Shown: one piece after another, positions 39,565 to 48,192 of the stretch
Layout of the letters: each line of letters begins with the position of its first letter
Numbering within the stretch: position 1 is the first letter of the stretch
Assembly: GCA_020637595.1 (NCBI GenBank)
Contig: JACKKE010000006.1
Span: 167,720-231,719, forward strand
Direction: 5' to 3'
DNA length: 64,000 bases
Source of the DNA: Rhodobacter sp.
Lineage (GTDB): Bacteria; Pseudomonadota; Alphaproteobacteria; Rhodobacterales; Rhodobacteraceae
Notes under the pieces: model-generated
The model's input: only the letters and a program-made list of their open reading frames with translations
Databases searched by the model: none
What the model was told of the DNA's origin: nothing
Program-made: the position numbers and the translations under genes

Positions 39565-40731
39565 TTAGCGGTCGGGCTCAGGGATCGGGGCGGTGCGGGG
39601 GGCCCGGGGCGCGCGGCAGTCGGTTACCGCCCGCAGGTCACGGCCCGGGATCATGTGGTCGAGCAGCGCCAGACCGGCCTCGGCCCGTGCGCCCATGCCG
39701 GGGCGGGGCAGGGTCAGCGAGGGGTCGGCACCCTCGAACTCCATCTGCAGGGGCACGAAGCCCGCGCCACCGATCACCGGGCCGGCCGCGCCGGGGCAAA
39801 ACTCCAGCCACGCCATGATCGCGGTGGCGCGTTCCAGCGGCGGCTGGGCGGCGATGAAATTGCCGGTGGAATAGATCACCGGCACCGGGCCGCGCGGGGT
39901 GTCGAGGACCTCCCAGGGCTGGGGCACATGCGGGTGCGTGCCGATCACTGCGATCGCGCCGGCCCCGGCCATCGCCCGGGCAAAGCGGCGCTGCGCTGCG
40001 TCCGGGGTCAGGCTGTATTCCTGGCCCCAATGCGGCAGCACGATCACGCCGGCGCCGGTCCCGGCCTCGGCGGTGACGAGCCGGGACAGTGCTGCGGTCT
40101 GCTCGTAGCACAGCGGGATCTGCCCGCGCGGGTCAGCGATGCCGTTGGTGCCGAAGGTGCAGGCGATCAGCGACAGCGGGCCTGCGGGGGTGCTCAGCCG
40201 CAGCGCGCGCATCCGCTCCTGCCCGCCGGGCACCGCGCCGACCTGGGCCATGCGCCCGGCATCGAGGGCCGCGAGCGTCGCGTCAAGGCCACTCGCGCCG
40301 CGATCCAGCGCGTGGTTGTTGGCGGTGGTGACGATGTCGATGCCAGCCTCGCGCAACGCGTCGATCACCACGGGGTGGTAGTTGAACAGCGGGTATTCGG
40401 AATAGACCATGCCGTCAAAGCGCGGCCCGGGATCGGGCAGGCGGCCGCCGTCCCGCGCGAAACCGGGGGCCACCGGCCCTTCGAGGTTGGCCAGCGCGAT
40501 ATCGGCTGCGCGCAGTAGCGGGACCGCCGCGCCCCAGAGCGTATCGAAACCGCGCAGATAGCCGCGGGTGGCCAGTGCCTCGTGCAGGAGGACATCCCCG
40601 ACCACCGCCAGGCTGACCCGTGCGGGGCCGGTGCAGGCGGCGACGGGCGGCAGGGCGCGGGGCGGGCAGATCATCTGCCCAAAGGCCGGAGCGGCGCAGA
40701 AAAGCACGAGGAAGAGGGCGATCAGGCGCAT
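39565..40731 (-). CDS. CapA/PgsA-family metallophosphoesterase-fold protein, secreted
   Basis: VGDVLLH, ANLEGP, TANNHALD, HWGQEY, GTHPHVPQ, YSTGNF. Confidence 0.9.
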   Translation of the reverse strand: MRLIALFLVLFCAAPAFGQMICPPRALPPVAACTGPARVSLAVVGDVLLHEALATRGYLRGFDTLWGAAVPLLRAADIALANLEGPVAPGFARDGGRLPDPGPRFDGMVYSEYPLFNYHPVVIDALREAGIDIVTTANNHALDRGASGLDATLAALDAGRMAQVGAVPGGQERMRALRLSTPAGPLSLIACTFGTNGIADPRGQIPLCYEQTAALSRLVTAEAGTGAGVIVLPHWGQEYSLTPDAAQRRFARAMAGAGAIAVIGTHPHVPQPWEVLDTPRGPVPVIYSTGNFIAAQPPLERATAIMAWLEFCPGAAGPVIGGAGFVPLQMEFEGADPSLTLPRPGMGARAEAGLALLDHMIPGRDLRAVTDCRAPRAPRTAPIPEPDR

Positions 40732-40993
40732 GCGGGCAGGGGATCACGTGGACCTGCGCGCGTCAATCCCGCGGGGTGAGGCGTTGCGAGAATGGGCGCC
40801 GTCCCGACCGGCGGGTGGGGCCGCTGGCGGATCATCCGTCGCTTGCTGCGGGCACGCTGGCCGTGCCCGTGTGCCGATTGGGAGGTCGCCAGCCGGGTGG
40901 GTCCCTGTGACTGCCGGGCCGGGGCAATCGCGCCGCTGTGCGCCCCGGGTCCCGGTTGGTCCCGGTTCCGGTCCCAGTCCCGGCTTCAGCCGG

Positions 40994-42568
40994 TCAGCGC
41001 AGGGCGGCCAACAGGGTGCGGTTGGTGATCGTGCCTTCCGAACTGACCAGCCCGGCATACCGGCCATCCGACAGCAGGTCGCGCAGGTCGATGGCGCGGC
41101 CGTTGACATAGGCGCGGCGGCTGACCAGGCGGATGCCGTGGCTGTAATCGGCATATTGCGCGCCGTGCACGGTGCTGAGCGGCTGGATGGCCGAGCCGTT
41201 GCGCCGGTGCCAGCCATAGATCGCGACACGGCCCGGATTGCGCTCCAGCCGGTTGGTCAGAACGAGGTCTTTCTTGTGGCCCGACACCAGCTGTCCCAGC
41301 CGCCCGCCGGCCTGCGCCATCTGCTGCTGGATGGTGGCATTGTGGCGCTGGAAGTAGCCGGTCGATTCCATCTGCGCGCCGGGCGTCATCGGTGCCGGCG
41401 ACAGGTGGACGCTGGCCTGCTGATAGATCGCATCGACCATGCGCGTCGTCGGCAGCACCATGTCGAAGCGTTCGGCCACCCGCATCGCTGCAGGCAGACC
41501 CAGCGGCACGCGCACAAAGTCCCGATCGGAGCCGACGGCGAGATAATCGGGCATGACGCAGATCGTGACCTGCGTGGCAGCACCGCCCGGCCCCTCGCCG
41601 GCAAAGGTGACGGGCACGAGGTCGCGCAGGAAGTCGGGGATATTGCCGTTCAGCACCTCGGAGACGAGAACGTCGTCGCGTTCGCGCCCGCGGGCTGCTG
41701 TCAGCCGGCCGACCAGGGTCGAGCCGTCTTCGGCCCGGCCACGGCGCGGGATCGCCCGGGTCAGGCGCGATTCACAAGGGTTTGCGCCGGCCAGCGCCCG
41801 ATTGAGCGCCGGAATTTCCAGCGGTTGCGCCTGGGGTTCGGGGCGCGGTTGCGCCGCCGACGGGGCAGGGGCCGAGACCAGCGTCGGCTGGTTCATGTCG
41901 AGGCTGGCGAGCCGCGTCACGGCCTCGGGCCGCGGCTGCGGCGAGCGCGAGCGGGACAGTGCCAGCGCCATCGCGGGGGTCACGCGCTCGACTTCGGGCG
42001 CGGCGGTGGCGGTGGCGAGTTGCGGGCGTGCCTGCGGGATCCGCGAGCGGCTGGGCGCGCGCAGCGTGGCCACGGCAACCTGCGGGTCGATCAGCGGCGT
42101 TTCACCGGCGATACCGTGCGGCGTGCTGGCAAGCCGCGGGATGTCGCGCATCGCCAGCAGGATCGACGGATCCACCGTCAGCGCGACGGCAGGGGCGCGG
42201 AGAATGGCCGGCCGGGACTCGACGGGGGTGCTGGCGGTGCGCACCCGCTCAGGCAGCGGCGGCAGCGGGCGGTCGACCCGCGGCAGCACCGCGTCATGGG
42301 CATAGCCGGGCGCGGCGAACGAGGTCGGCGCAGGCCCGGCCAGCGAGCTGAGCCAGATCTGTGGCGCGGGCGCGACGGGCACCGGCGCGAGCGATGCGCT
42401 GCGCACGGGCTGGACCGCGGTTTCCGTAGCCGGACCCGAGAGCTGGAGCGCGACGGCCCCCAGCGAAAGCGCGGCAATACCGGTGGCGACCAGCGGCAGG
42501 CGGCGCGGATTGATCATGGAACGCACAGACGCCGGTTTCCGGCGCGGTTCCCCTGTCCCTTTGTTCAT
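40994..42568 (-). CDS. Membrane-anchored hypothetical protein: TM, Pro/Ala linker, uncharacterised C-terminal domain
   Basis: Ordered C-terminal about 250 aa with PDYLAVGSD, LPT..MVDAIY, GHKKD, AIYGWH, IQP, YADYSHGIRL. Start uncertain. Confidence 0.8.
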   Translation of the reverse strand: MNKGTGEPRRKPASVRSMINPRRLPLVATGIAALSLGAVALQLSGPATETAVQPVRSASLAPVPVAPAPQIWLSSLAGPAPTSFAAPGYAHDAVLPRVDRPLPPLPERVRTASTPVESRPAILRAPAVALTVDPSILLAMRDIPRLASTPHGIAGETPLIDPQVAVATLRAPSRSRIPQARPQLATATAAPEVERVTPAMALALSRSRSPQPRPEAVTRLASLDMNQPTLVSAPAPSAAQPRPEPQAQPLEIPALNRALAGANPCESRLTRAIPRRGRAEDGSTLVGRLTAARGRERDDVLVSEVLNGNIPDFLRDLVPVTFAGEGPGGAATQVTICVMPDYLAVGSDRDFVRVPLGLPAAMRVAERFDMVLPTTRMVDAIYQQASVHLSPAPMTPGAQMESTGYFQRHNATIQQQMAQAGGRLGQLVSGHKKDLVLTNRLERNPGRVAIYGWHRRNGSAIQPLSTVHGAQYADYSHGIRLVSRRAYVNGRAIDLRDLLSDGRYAGLVSSEGTITNRTLLAALR

Positions 42569-42592
42569 GGATCCTAGATACCGGCGAATCCC

Positions 42593-42608
42593 TTAACCGG
42601 CAATGAAC
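42593..42608. promoter_or_regulatory. Candidate CtrA box
   Basis: TTAA-CCGGCAA-TGAAC, one mismatch. Confidence 0.4.
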
Positions 42609-42756
42609 CCCGCGCAGCGCGCCGGTCGGATCGGCGGCGGGCCGCTCATTCGCAGACTTGCGCGAATGTCTCGCCAAATTCGCAATATGAGAGTAACCTA
42701 ATCTTTGTTGTGCGGGGTCCACCTGGACAAAGCGGCTCAGGGGATGGGAGCGGGTC

Positions 42757-43917
42757 ATGAAACAGCCGATATGCGTGTTCTGGGCGATGGTCTGCGCGGT
42801 GTTCATCGGCGCCGCGCCGGCCGCAGCGCAGGAGCGGGGATTTCAGCAGGTCGACGCCGGGATGGACCATGTTTGTGGGGTCGACGAAACCGGCCGTATC
42901 CGCTGCTGGGGCGATGGCGAATATGGGCAGATGGGGCGCAATCTGCGCGCGGATTCGCCGGTGCCGCGGCCGGTGAACGGGATGCGGTTCCGCACCCAGG
43001 CCCTGTCCGGCGGGTTCAGCAGCTGCGGCGTCCAGCTTGGCCCACGGACACGCATAGACTGCTGGGGCGACAACAATGACGGTCAGCTGGGCGACGGCAC
43101 GACCACACAGCGGATCGCGCCGGTCCAGATTGACGGGCCACGGCGGCGCTATGGCGGCGTGACAATGGGCGAGGGGCATGCCTGTGCCTGGACCACCACC
43201 GGTCGGGTGTTGTGCTGGGGCAACAACGCGAATGGCCAGTTGGGCGATGGCACGACAACCAATCGCCTGACCCCGACGCCTATGGCCGGCGGTTTTCGTG
43301 CGGCCGATGTGCAGGCTGGGTTCCTGTTCACCTGCGGCCTAAACTCTCGCGGTGTGGCGCTGTGCTGGGGTTACAACGGGTTTGGCGCCTTGGGGGACGG
43401 CACGGCCGATCCTTCGTCCTCGCCGGTTCGGGTAAACGGGCTGCGTCCGGGGGTGCAGGCCCTGGCGGTGGGCAGCCTGCACAGCTGTGTAATCGACCGC
43501 AATGGCAATGCGGCCTGCTGGGGCGACAACTCGGCCGGTCAGATCGGCAACGGCCAGACCGGTGGGCCGGTCCGGCGGGCGACGCGGGTTCCGGGGCTGC
43601 GGCCTACGGTTATCGCCGCCGGCGGCGGGCACAGCTGCGCGGTGGTCGAGGGCGGTGAGGTCATGTGCTGGGGGCTGAACACGCACGGGCAGCTCGGTGA
43701 CGGGACGACGGTGGATTCGCCTTCGCCTGTGGCGGTGGCGGGCCTGCCCGATCCATCCTCGGACGCCATCGTTCGCCTGACGCTGGGCGACGAATTCAGC
43801 TGCGCGCTGACCGCACTGGGCCAGGCCTATTGCTGGGGCGAGAACGCCGACGGCCAGCTGGGCAACGGCACCTTTGACGACAGCGCCTCGCCGGTGCGGG
43901 TCCGGTATGGGTTCTGA
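42757..43917 (+). CDS. Secreted RCC1/BLIP-II-like beta-propeller protein
   Basis: Signal peptide ending AAA-QE. Seven CWG-N-xx-GQLG(D/N)G-type repeats. Confidence 0.9.
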   Translation: MKQPICVFWAMVCAVFIGAAPAAAQERGFQQVDAGMDHVCGVDETGRIRCWGDGEYGQMGRNLRADSPVPRPVNGMRFRTQALSGGFSSCGVQLGPRTRIDCWGDNNDGQLGDGTTTQRIAPVQIDGPRRRYGGVTMGEGHACAWTTTGRVLCWGNNANGQLGDGTTTNRLTPTPMAGGFRAADVQAGFLFTCGLNSRGVALCWGYNGFGALGDGTADPSSSPVRVNGLRPGVQALAVGSLHSCVIDRNGNAACWGDNSAGQIGNGQTGGPVRRATRVPGLRPTVIAAGGGHSCAVVEGGEVMCWGLNTHGQLGDGTTVDSPSPVAVAGLPDPSSDAIVRLTLGDEFSCALTALGQAYCWGENADGQLGNGTFDDSASPVRVRYGF

Positions 43918-44652
43918 TCACAATGTGGTCTTTTTGAACTGCCACTCGGGAAGGGCGCGGATGATCGCCATGATCAGCCGCCAGACGCGCCGCACATAGA
44001 TCACGTCGCGCCCCTTGTCCTGGGCACGCCAGATCGCCTCGGCCACCTCGTCGGGCTGGGCGGTCAGGCGCGGGTTCAGGGGCAGGCCCTCGGTCATCTT
44101 GGTGGCGACAAAGCCCGGCTTGACGGTGATCACCCGGACCGGCCCCCTGGCCAGCCGGTTGCGCAGGCCCGACAGAAAGGCGGTGAACCCGGCCTTGGCC
44201 GCGCCATAGACATAGTTCGAGGCGCGTCCGCGATCGCCGGCCACTGACGAGATGCCGATGACCGTGCCCGATCCGCGCGCTTCGAACCGCTCGGCCAGCA
44301 TCCCCAGCGCCAGCGCCGGCCCTTCGAAGTTCGAGCGCAGGACAACCGTCGCGGCCTGCGGATTGCGCTGGCTCTCGGTTTGGTCGCCCATGAAACCGAC
44401 GGCGCAGAGCACGACATCGGGCAGCGGTGCCAGCCCGGCGATGAACCCGGCAAAGCCGTCGGTGTCGAGCACGTCGAAGGCCAGCGCGGTCGCGGTGACG
44501 CCGTGGCGCAGACGCAGATCCTGCGCGTCGGCTTCGATGGCGGCGGCATCGCGCGCGGCCAGCTGCAGGTCATAGCCCTCGCGGGCATAGCGATGGGCGC
44601 AGGCCCGGGCCATGTCCGAGGTCGCCCCGAGGATCAGGATCGTCTTGCTCAC
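43918..44652 (-). CDS. SDR oxidoreductase, DprE2-like
   Basis: ILILGATSDMA, SSVAGDRGRASNYVYGAAK, KPGFVATKMT. Coupled to the DprE1-like gene. Confidence 0.88.
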   Translation of the reverse strand: MSKTILILGATSDMARACAHRYAREGYDLQLAARDAAAIEADAQDLRLRHGVTATALAFDVLDTDGFAGFIAGLAPLPDVVLCAVGFMGDQTESQRNPQAATVVLRSNFEGPALALGMLAERFEARGSGTVIGISSVAGDRGRASNYVYGAAKAGFTAFLSGLRNRLARGPVRVITVKPGFVATKMTEGLPLNPRLTAQPDEVAEAIWRAQDKGRDVIYVRRVWRLIMAIIRALPEWQFKKTTL

Positions 44653-45968
44653 AGCGCCAACCTTTCACTCTGGGCCGAGACGAATTGCCCGGCCAACCCG
44701 TTATCCTCGCGCCACTGCGCAAAGGCGTCCCAGCGCGGATCGGTCTGGCGCAGGGTTTGCGCGCTCAGCCGGCTGTCCTTGGCCAGATAGAAGCGGCCGC
44801 CGTGGTCGGCGGTGATCCGGTCGAGTTCCGGCATCAGCGACAGCGACCGGCGGTTGACCGGAAAGTCCAGCGCCAGGGTATAGCCCTCCATCGGGAAGGA
44901 CAGGCGACCCTGCTGGGGGCCGAACCGTTTGAGCACGGCCAGGAAACTGGCGGCGCCGGTGCGGGCGATCGCGCCGAGGATCGCGCGCAGCCCCTCGCCG
45001 TGGCTCTCCAGCGGCACGACGCACTGGAACTGCATGAAACCGCGGCGGCCATAGATGCGGTTCCACTCATGCACGGTGTCGAGCGGGTAAAAGAACGGAT
45101 CCCAGCCGGTCAGCGTGGTGGTCGGCTGACGCAGGCCCTTTTGCCAATAGGCCTCGTTGAACAGCCGCACGCTGAGCGGGTTCAGCGTCAGGCCGGGGAA
45201 GTCAAAGGGCACACGGGCGGCGCGCCGGTCGGGCGTGTCAAAGGGGCGGGCACGGCGGTCGGCGGGCAGCTCGCCCCGCCCGGCATGCTCGCCTTCCATG
45301 ACGATCGACCGGCCCAGACGGTCGCCCGAGGCGATGCAGTCGATCCAGGCCATCGAATAGGTGGCGTCCATCGTCTGGGCAAAGGCGTCCAGCGCCTCGT
45401 CGAGGTTGCGGGCGGGGATCGTGGTCTGCCGGATCCAGCCGGATTCCACCGGCCTCAGCCGGATCGCCGCGCGCAGGATCACCCCGGTCAGCCCCATACC
45501 GCCCAGCGTCCAGTGAAACAGGTCCGGGTTCTGCGTGGCCGAGCAGCGGTTGACCGCGCCGTCGGGCCCCATCACCTCGATCCAGTCGACAAAGCCGCCG
45601 AAGCTGCCATCGACGTGGTGGTTCTTGCCGTGCACATCGGCGGCGATGGCGCCGCCGAGGCTGACGAACTTGGTGCCCGGGGTCACCGACAGGAACCATC
45701 CGCGTGGCAGAAAGGCGTCGATGATCTCGCCCAGGGTCACGCCGGCCTCGGCCACCAGCTGGCCTGTCGTGGCGTCAAAGGCAATCATCCGGTTCAGGTG
45801 CCGGGTGGAAATCGCGTGCCGGCCGATCGCGCTGTCGCCATAGGCGCGGCCCATGCCGCGGGCGATCGCCGGCCCCTCGGCCAGCAGCGCCGCCAGCGCG
45901 GCGGTGTCGCGCGGTGCGCTCAGGCGCCCCTCGGCGCGTGGGTATCGGCCCCAGCCGGACAGTTGCAT
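44649..45968 (-). CDS. FAD-linked oxidoreductase, DprE1-like
   Basis: GMGRAYGD, TPGTKFVSLGGAIAADVHGKNHH, FYPLD, WNRIYG, SFLAVLK, LSFP, YLAKD. Confidence 0.9.
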   Translation of the reverse strand: MQLSGWGRYPRAEGRLSAPRDTAALAALLAEGPAIARGMGRAYGDSAIGRHAISTRHLNRMIAFDATTGQLVAEAGVTLGEIIDAFLPRGWFLSVTPGTKFVSLGGAIAADVHGKNHHVDGSFGGFVDWIEVMGPDGAVNRCSATQNPDLFHWTLGGMGLTGVILRAAIRLRPVESGWIRQTTIPARNLDEALDAFAQTMDATYSMAWIDCIASGDRLGRSIVMEGEHAGRGELPADRRARPFDTPDRRAARVPFDFPGLTLNPLSVRLFNEAYWQKGLRQPTTTLTGWDPFFYPLDTVHEWNRIYGRRGFMQFQCVVPLESHGEGLRAILGAIARTGAASFLAVLKRFGPQQGRLSFPMEGYTLALDFPVNRRSLSLMPELDRITADHGGRFYLAKDSRLSAQTLRQTDPRWDAFAQWREDNGLAGQFVSAQSERLAL

Positions 45969-46381
45969 CAGATCCTCCCCGGGGTGGCAAAGACAAAGCG
46001 GCGGTCGAGCTGGTATTTGACCAGATAGCCGACCGCAAGCCCCAGAACCGCGCCGATCTCGCGCGCGGTATGGGTCTGCCAGATCGTCCAGAAGGCGGTT
46101 TCGGTCGCCCAGAAGATCGCGGTCGTCACCAGCCCCATCGCCGTATAGAGGGAAAACTTGCGGCCATGCGCGCGCAGCCCGGTTTCGGGATCGGCAAAGA
46201 TCCAGCGTTTGTCGAGCGCGTATTTCACCACCAGCCCCAGCCCGGTGCCGACGATCACCGCCAGCGCGAACTGCAGCGGCGACTCGCCGGTCAGCAGGAC
46301 CAGCCGCTGCGCGCCCAGATTGGCCAGCGTCGCCAGCACCGCGAATCCGGCGTAGCGCAGGACAAGCGCGGTGCGGGTCAT
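45968..46381 (-). CDS. GtrA-family small membrane protein
   Basis: 4 TM. LRYAGFA, KYALDKRWIF, KYQLDRRFVF. Confidence 0.88.
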   Translation of the reverse strand: MTRTALVLRYAGFAVLATLANLGAQRLVLLTGESPLQFALAVIVGTGLGLVVKYALDKRWIFADPETGLRAHGRKFSLYTAMGLVTTAIFWATETAFWTIWQTHTAREIGAVLGLAVGYLVKYQLDRRFVFATPGRI

Positions 46382-47817
46382 GGCAGGCTCGCGCCCAGGG
46401 CGATGGCCGCGAAGATGATCAGAAACGCTGCCCGGCTGATCGGGTCGCGCGCGGCGAACACCGTCGGGTCGTCATCCATCAGGCCGCGCTGCGCCATCAG
46501 GATCATCCGCGCGATCCAGTAGAGCAGCACGAGGCAAGCCCCCCACAGGATCGCCGGCGACGAATACTGCTGCAGCACCGTCGGCTGGTTGAAATAGAGC
46601 ATCAACACCAGAACCGAGAGGAAACCGGCGGCGGTGGCCATCTGGGTGACCACCGGCAGGTCTCCGACGCGGTAACCGCGGCCAGCGGCGCTGTCGATGC
46701 CGCGCTGGCTCATGTCGACCAGCTCGGCCTGGCGCTTGACCGCCGCCAGCGAGAAGAACAGGAAGGCCGAGAAGGCCAGCAGCCAGACCGACAGCGGCAG
46801 GTCGGTGGCTGCCCCCCCGGCGGCGACGCGAAAGGTATAGAGGCTGCCGAGCGCGCAGATATCGAGGATCGGCTGCCGTTTGAGCCACAGCGAATAGGCG
46901 ATGGTCAGGACATAATACCCCGCCAGAACCAACAGGAACAGCGGCGGCAGGGTCAGGGCGATCAGCAGCCCGGCCAGCAGCAGGCCCGGCACCATCATCA
47001 TGCCCCGCAGCAGCGGCAGCTTGCCCGACGCCAGCGGGCGGTTGCGTTTGCGCGGGTGGGCGCGGTCCGAAGCGAGGTCGAGCAGGTCGTTCAGCAGATA
47101 GACGCTCGAGGCAACCAGGCTGAAGGCGAGAAACGCGAGAAGCCCGTGGATGAAGGCCTGCGCGGTGAAGTGGTGCGCGGCGATCATCGGCAGGAAGATC
47201 AGCACGTTCTTGAACCACTGGTGCGGGCGCATCGCCTTGATCGCGGCGGGCAGCATCGAGGTCGGCGGCGCCAGATGGGTGGCGTCGGGATGCAGCGTCG
47301 TGACCCGGGCGCGCAGGGCCGGCGGCACGCCAACCGTCACCGCGGTTGTGGCGCCTTCCCAGACCGGCAGGTCAGCGGTGCTGTCGCCGGCATAGACATA
47401 CCCCCGGTCTCCGAAGCGTTCGCGCAGAAAGGCAGCCTTGGCCTGCCCCTTGAGGTTGGTGCGCCCGTTCGAGCCGTGCACCTCGTCAAACAGGCCCAGA
47501 TGCGCGGCGATGGCCTCGGCGAGGCTCTGATCGGCCGCGGTGACCAGCGCCACGCGCCCGCCCGCCTCGCGCCAGCTGCGGATATGGTCCAGCATCTCGG
47601 GCGTGTAGGGCAGGGCGGCCGGGTCGGGGGCGCCTGTGAGCGCCAGCCGCGCCTTGAGCGCGGCGCGGCCGTGCGCCAGCCCGGCCAGCGCCCAGAGCGG
47701 GGTCTGCCAGTTTCGGGCAAAGGACAACCAGAAGCTTTCAAGCAGCATGTCCGACCGGATCAGCGTGCCGTCGAGATCGACGACCAGGATCGGTTTGCGA
47801 ACATCCGTATCGGGCAT
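46378..47817 (-). CDS. HAD-domain/UbiA fusion, polyprenyl-phosphate phosphoribosyltransferase-like
   Basis: VDLDGTL (HAD motif I), YAGDSTAD. MRPHQWFKN, NDLLDLASDRAHPRKRNRPLASG, DDP. Confidence 0.9.
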   Translation of the reverse strand: MPDTDVRKPILVVDLDGTLIRSDMLLESFWLSFARNWQTPLWALAGLAHGRAALKARLALTGAPDPAALPYTPEMLDHIRSWREAGGRVALVTAADQSLAEAIAAHLGLFDEVHGSNGRTNLKGQAKAAFLRERFGDRGYVYAGDSTADLPVWEGATTAVTVGVPPALRARVTTLHPDATHLAPPTSMLPAAIKAMRPHQWFKNVLIFLPMIAAHHFTAQAFIHGLLAFLAFSLVASSVYLLNDLLDLASDRAHPRKRNRPLASGKLPLLRGMMMVPGLLLAGLLIALTLPPLFLLVLAGYYVLTIAYSLWLKRQPILDICALGSLYTFRVAAGGAATDLPLSVWLLAFSAFLFFSLAAVKRQAELVDMSQRGIDSAAGRGYRVGDLPVVTQMATAAGFLSVLVLMLYFNQPTVLQQYSSPAILWGACLVLLYWIARMILMAQRGLMDDDPTVFAARDPISRAAFLIIFAAIALGASLP

Positions 47818-48142
47818 GTGGTCTTCCTGTTCCTTCCTGCCAGCATTATGGCCGGCGCACGCTGGCATCGGGACACGGCGAAGGCAAGGCCGAAAGGCGG
47901 CAAAGCCGGGGCGCGGCACCGGGCCGCAGAGCGATTGACAGAAGGGGGCCGCAGCGCGATCGATTCAGGGTTTGGTTCGATTCCGCAGGGGCCGCGATTT
48001 CCGCCAGCCCGGCCTTGTTGACCCGTTGCACCGGGGGGGGAAGGCTGGACCTGGGGCAGTGGCCGGGGGGCATGGACGAGACAGACCGACGACGACGAGA
48101 CCCCGGTGCTTCGCGCCGACGGTAACCCGTTTGCGTGGGGGG

Positions 48143-48170
48143 CCGTGGACGGCTGGTGAGCCGTCCACGG
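48143..48170. terminator. Perfect 12-bp inverted repeat downstream of the sulfotransferase-like gene
   Basis: CCGTGGACGGCT-GGTG-AGCCGTCCACGG. No U-tract. Confidence 0.45.
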
Positions 48171-48192
48171 GGATCGTTGCACTGCTGAACGG

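Noticed and set aside
47974-47984. GGTTCGATTCC resembling a tRNA T-loop or att remnant
   Set aside because: No full T-stem, acceptor stem or cloverleaf, and it does not match the tRNA-Thr 3' end.
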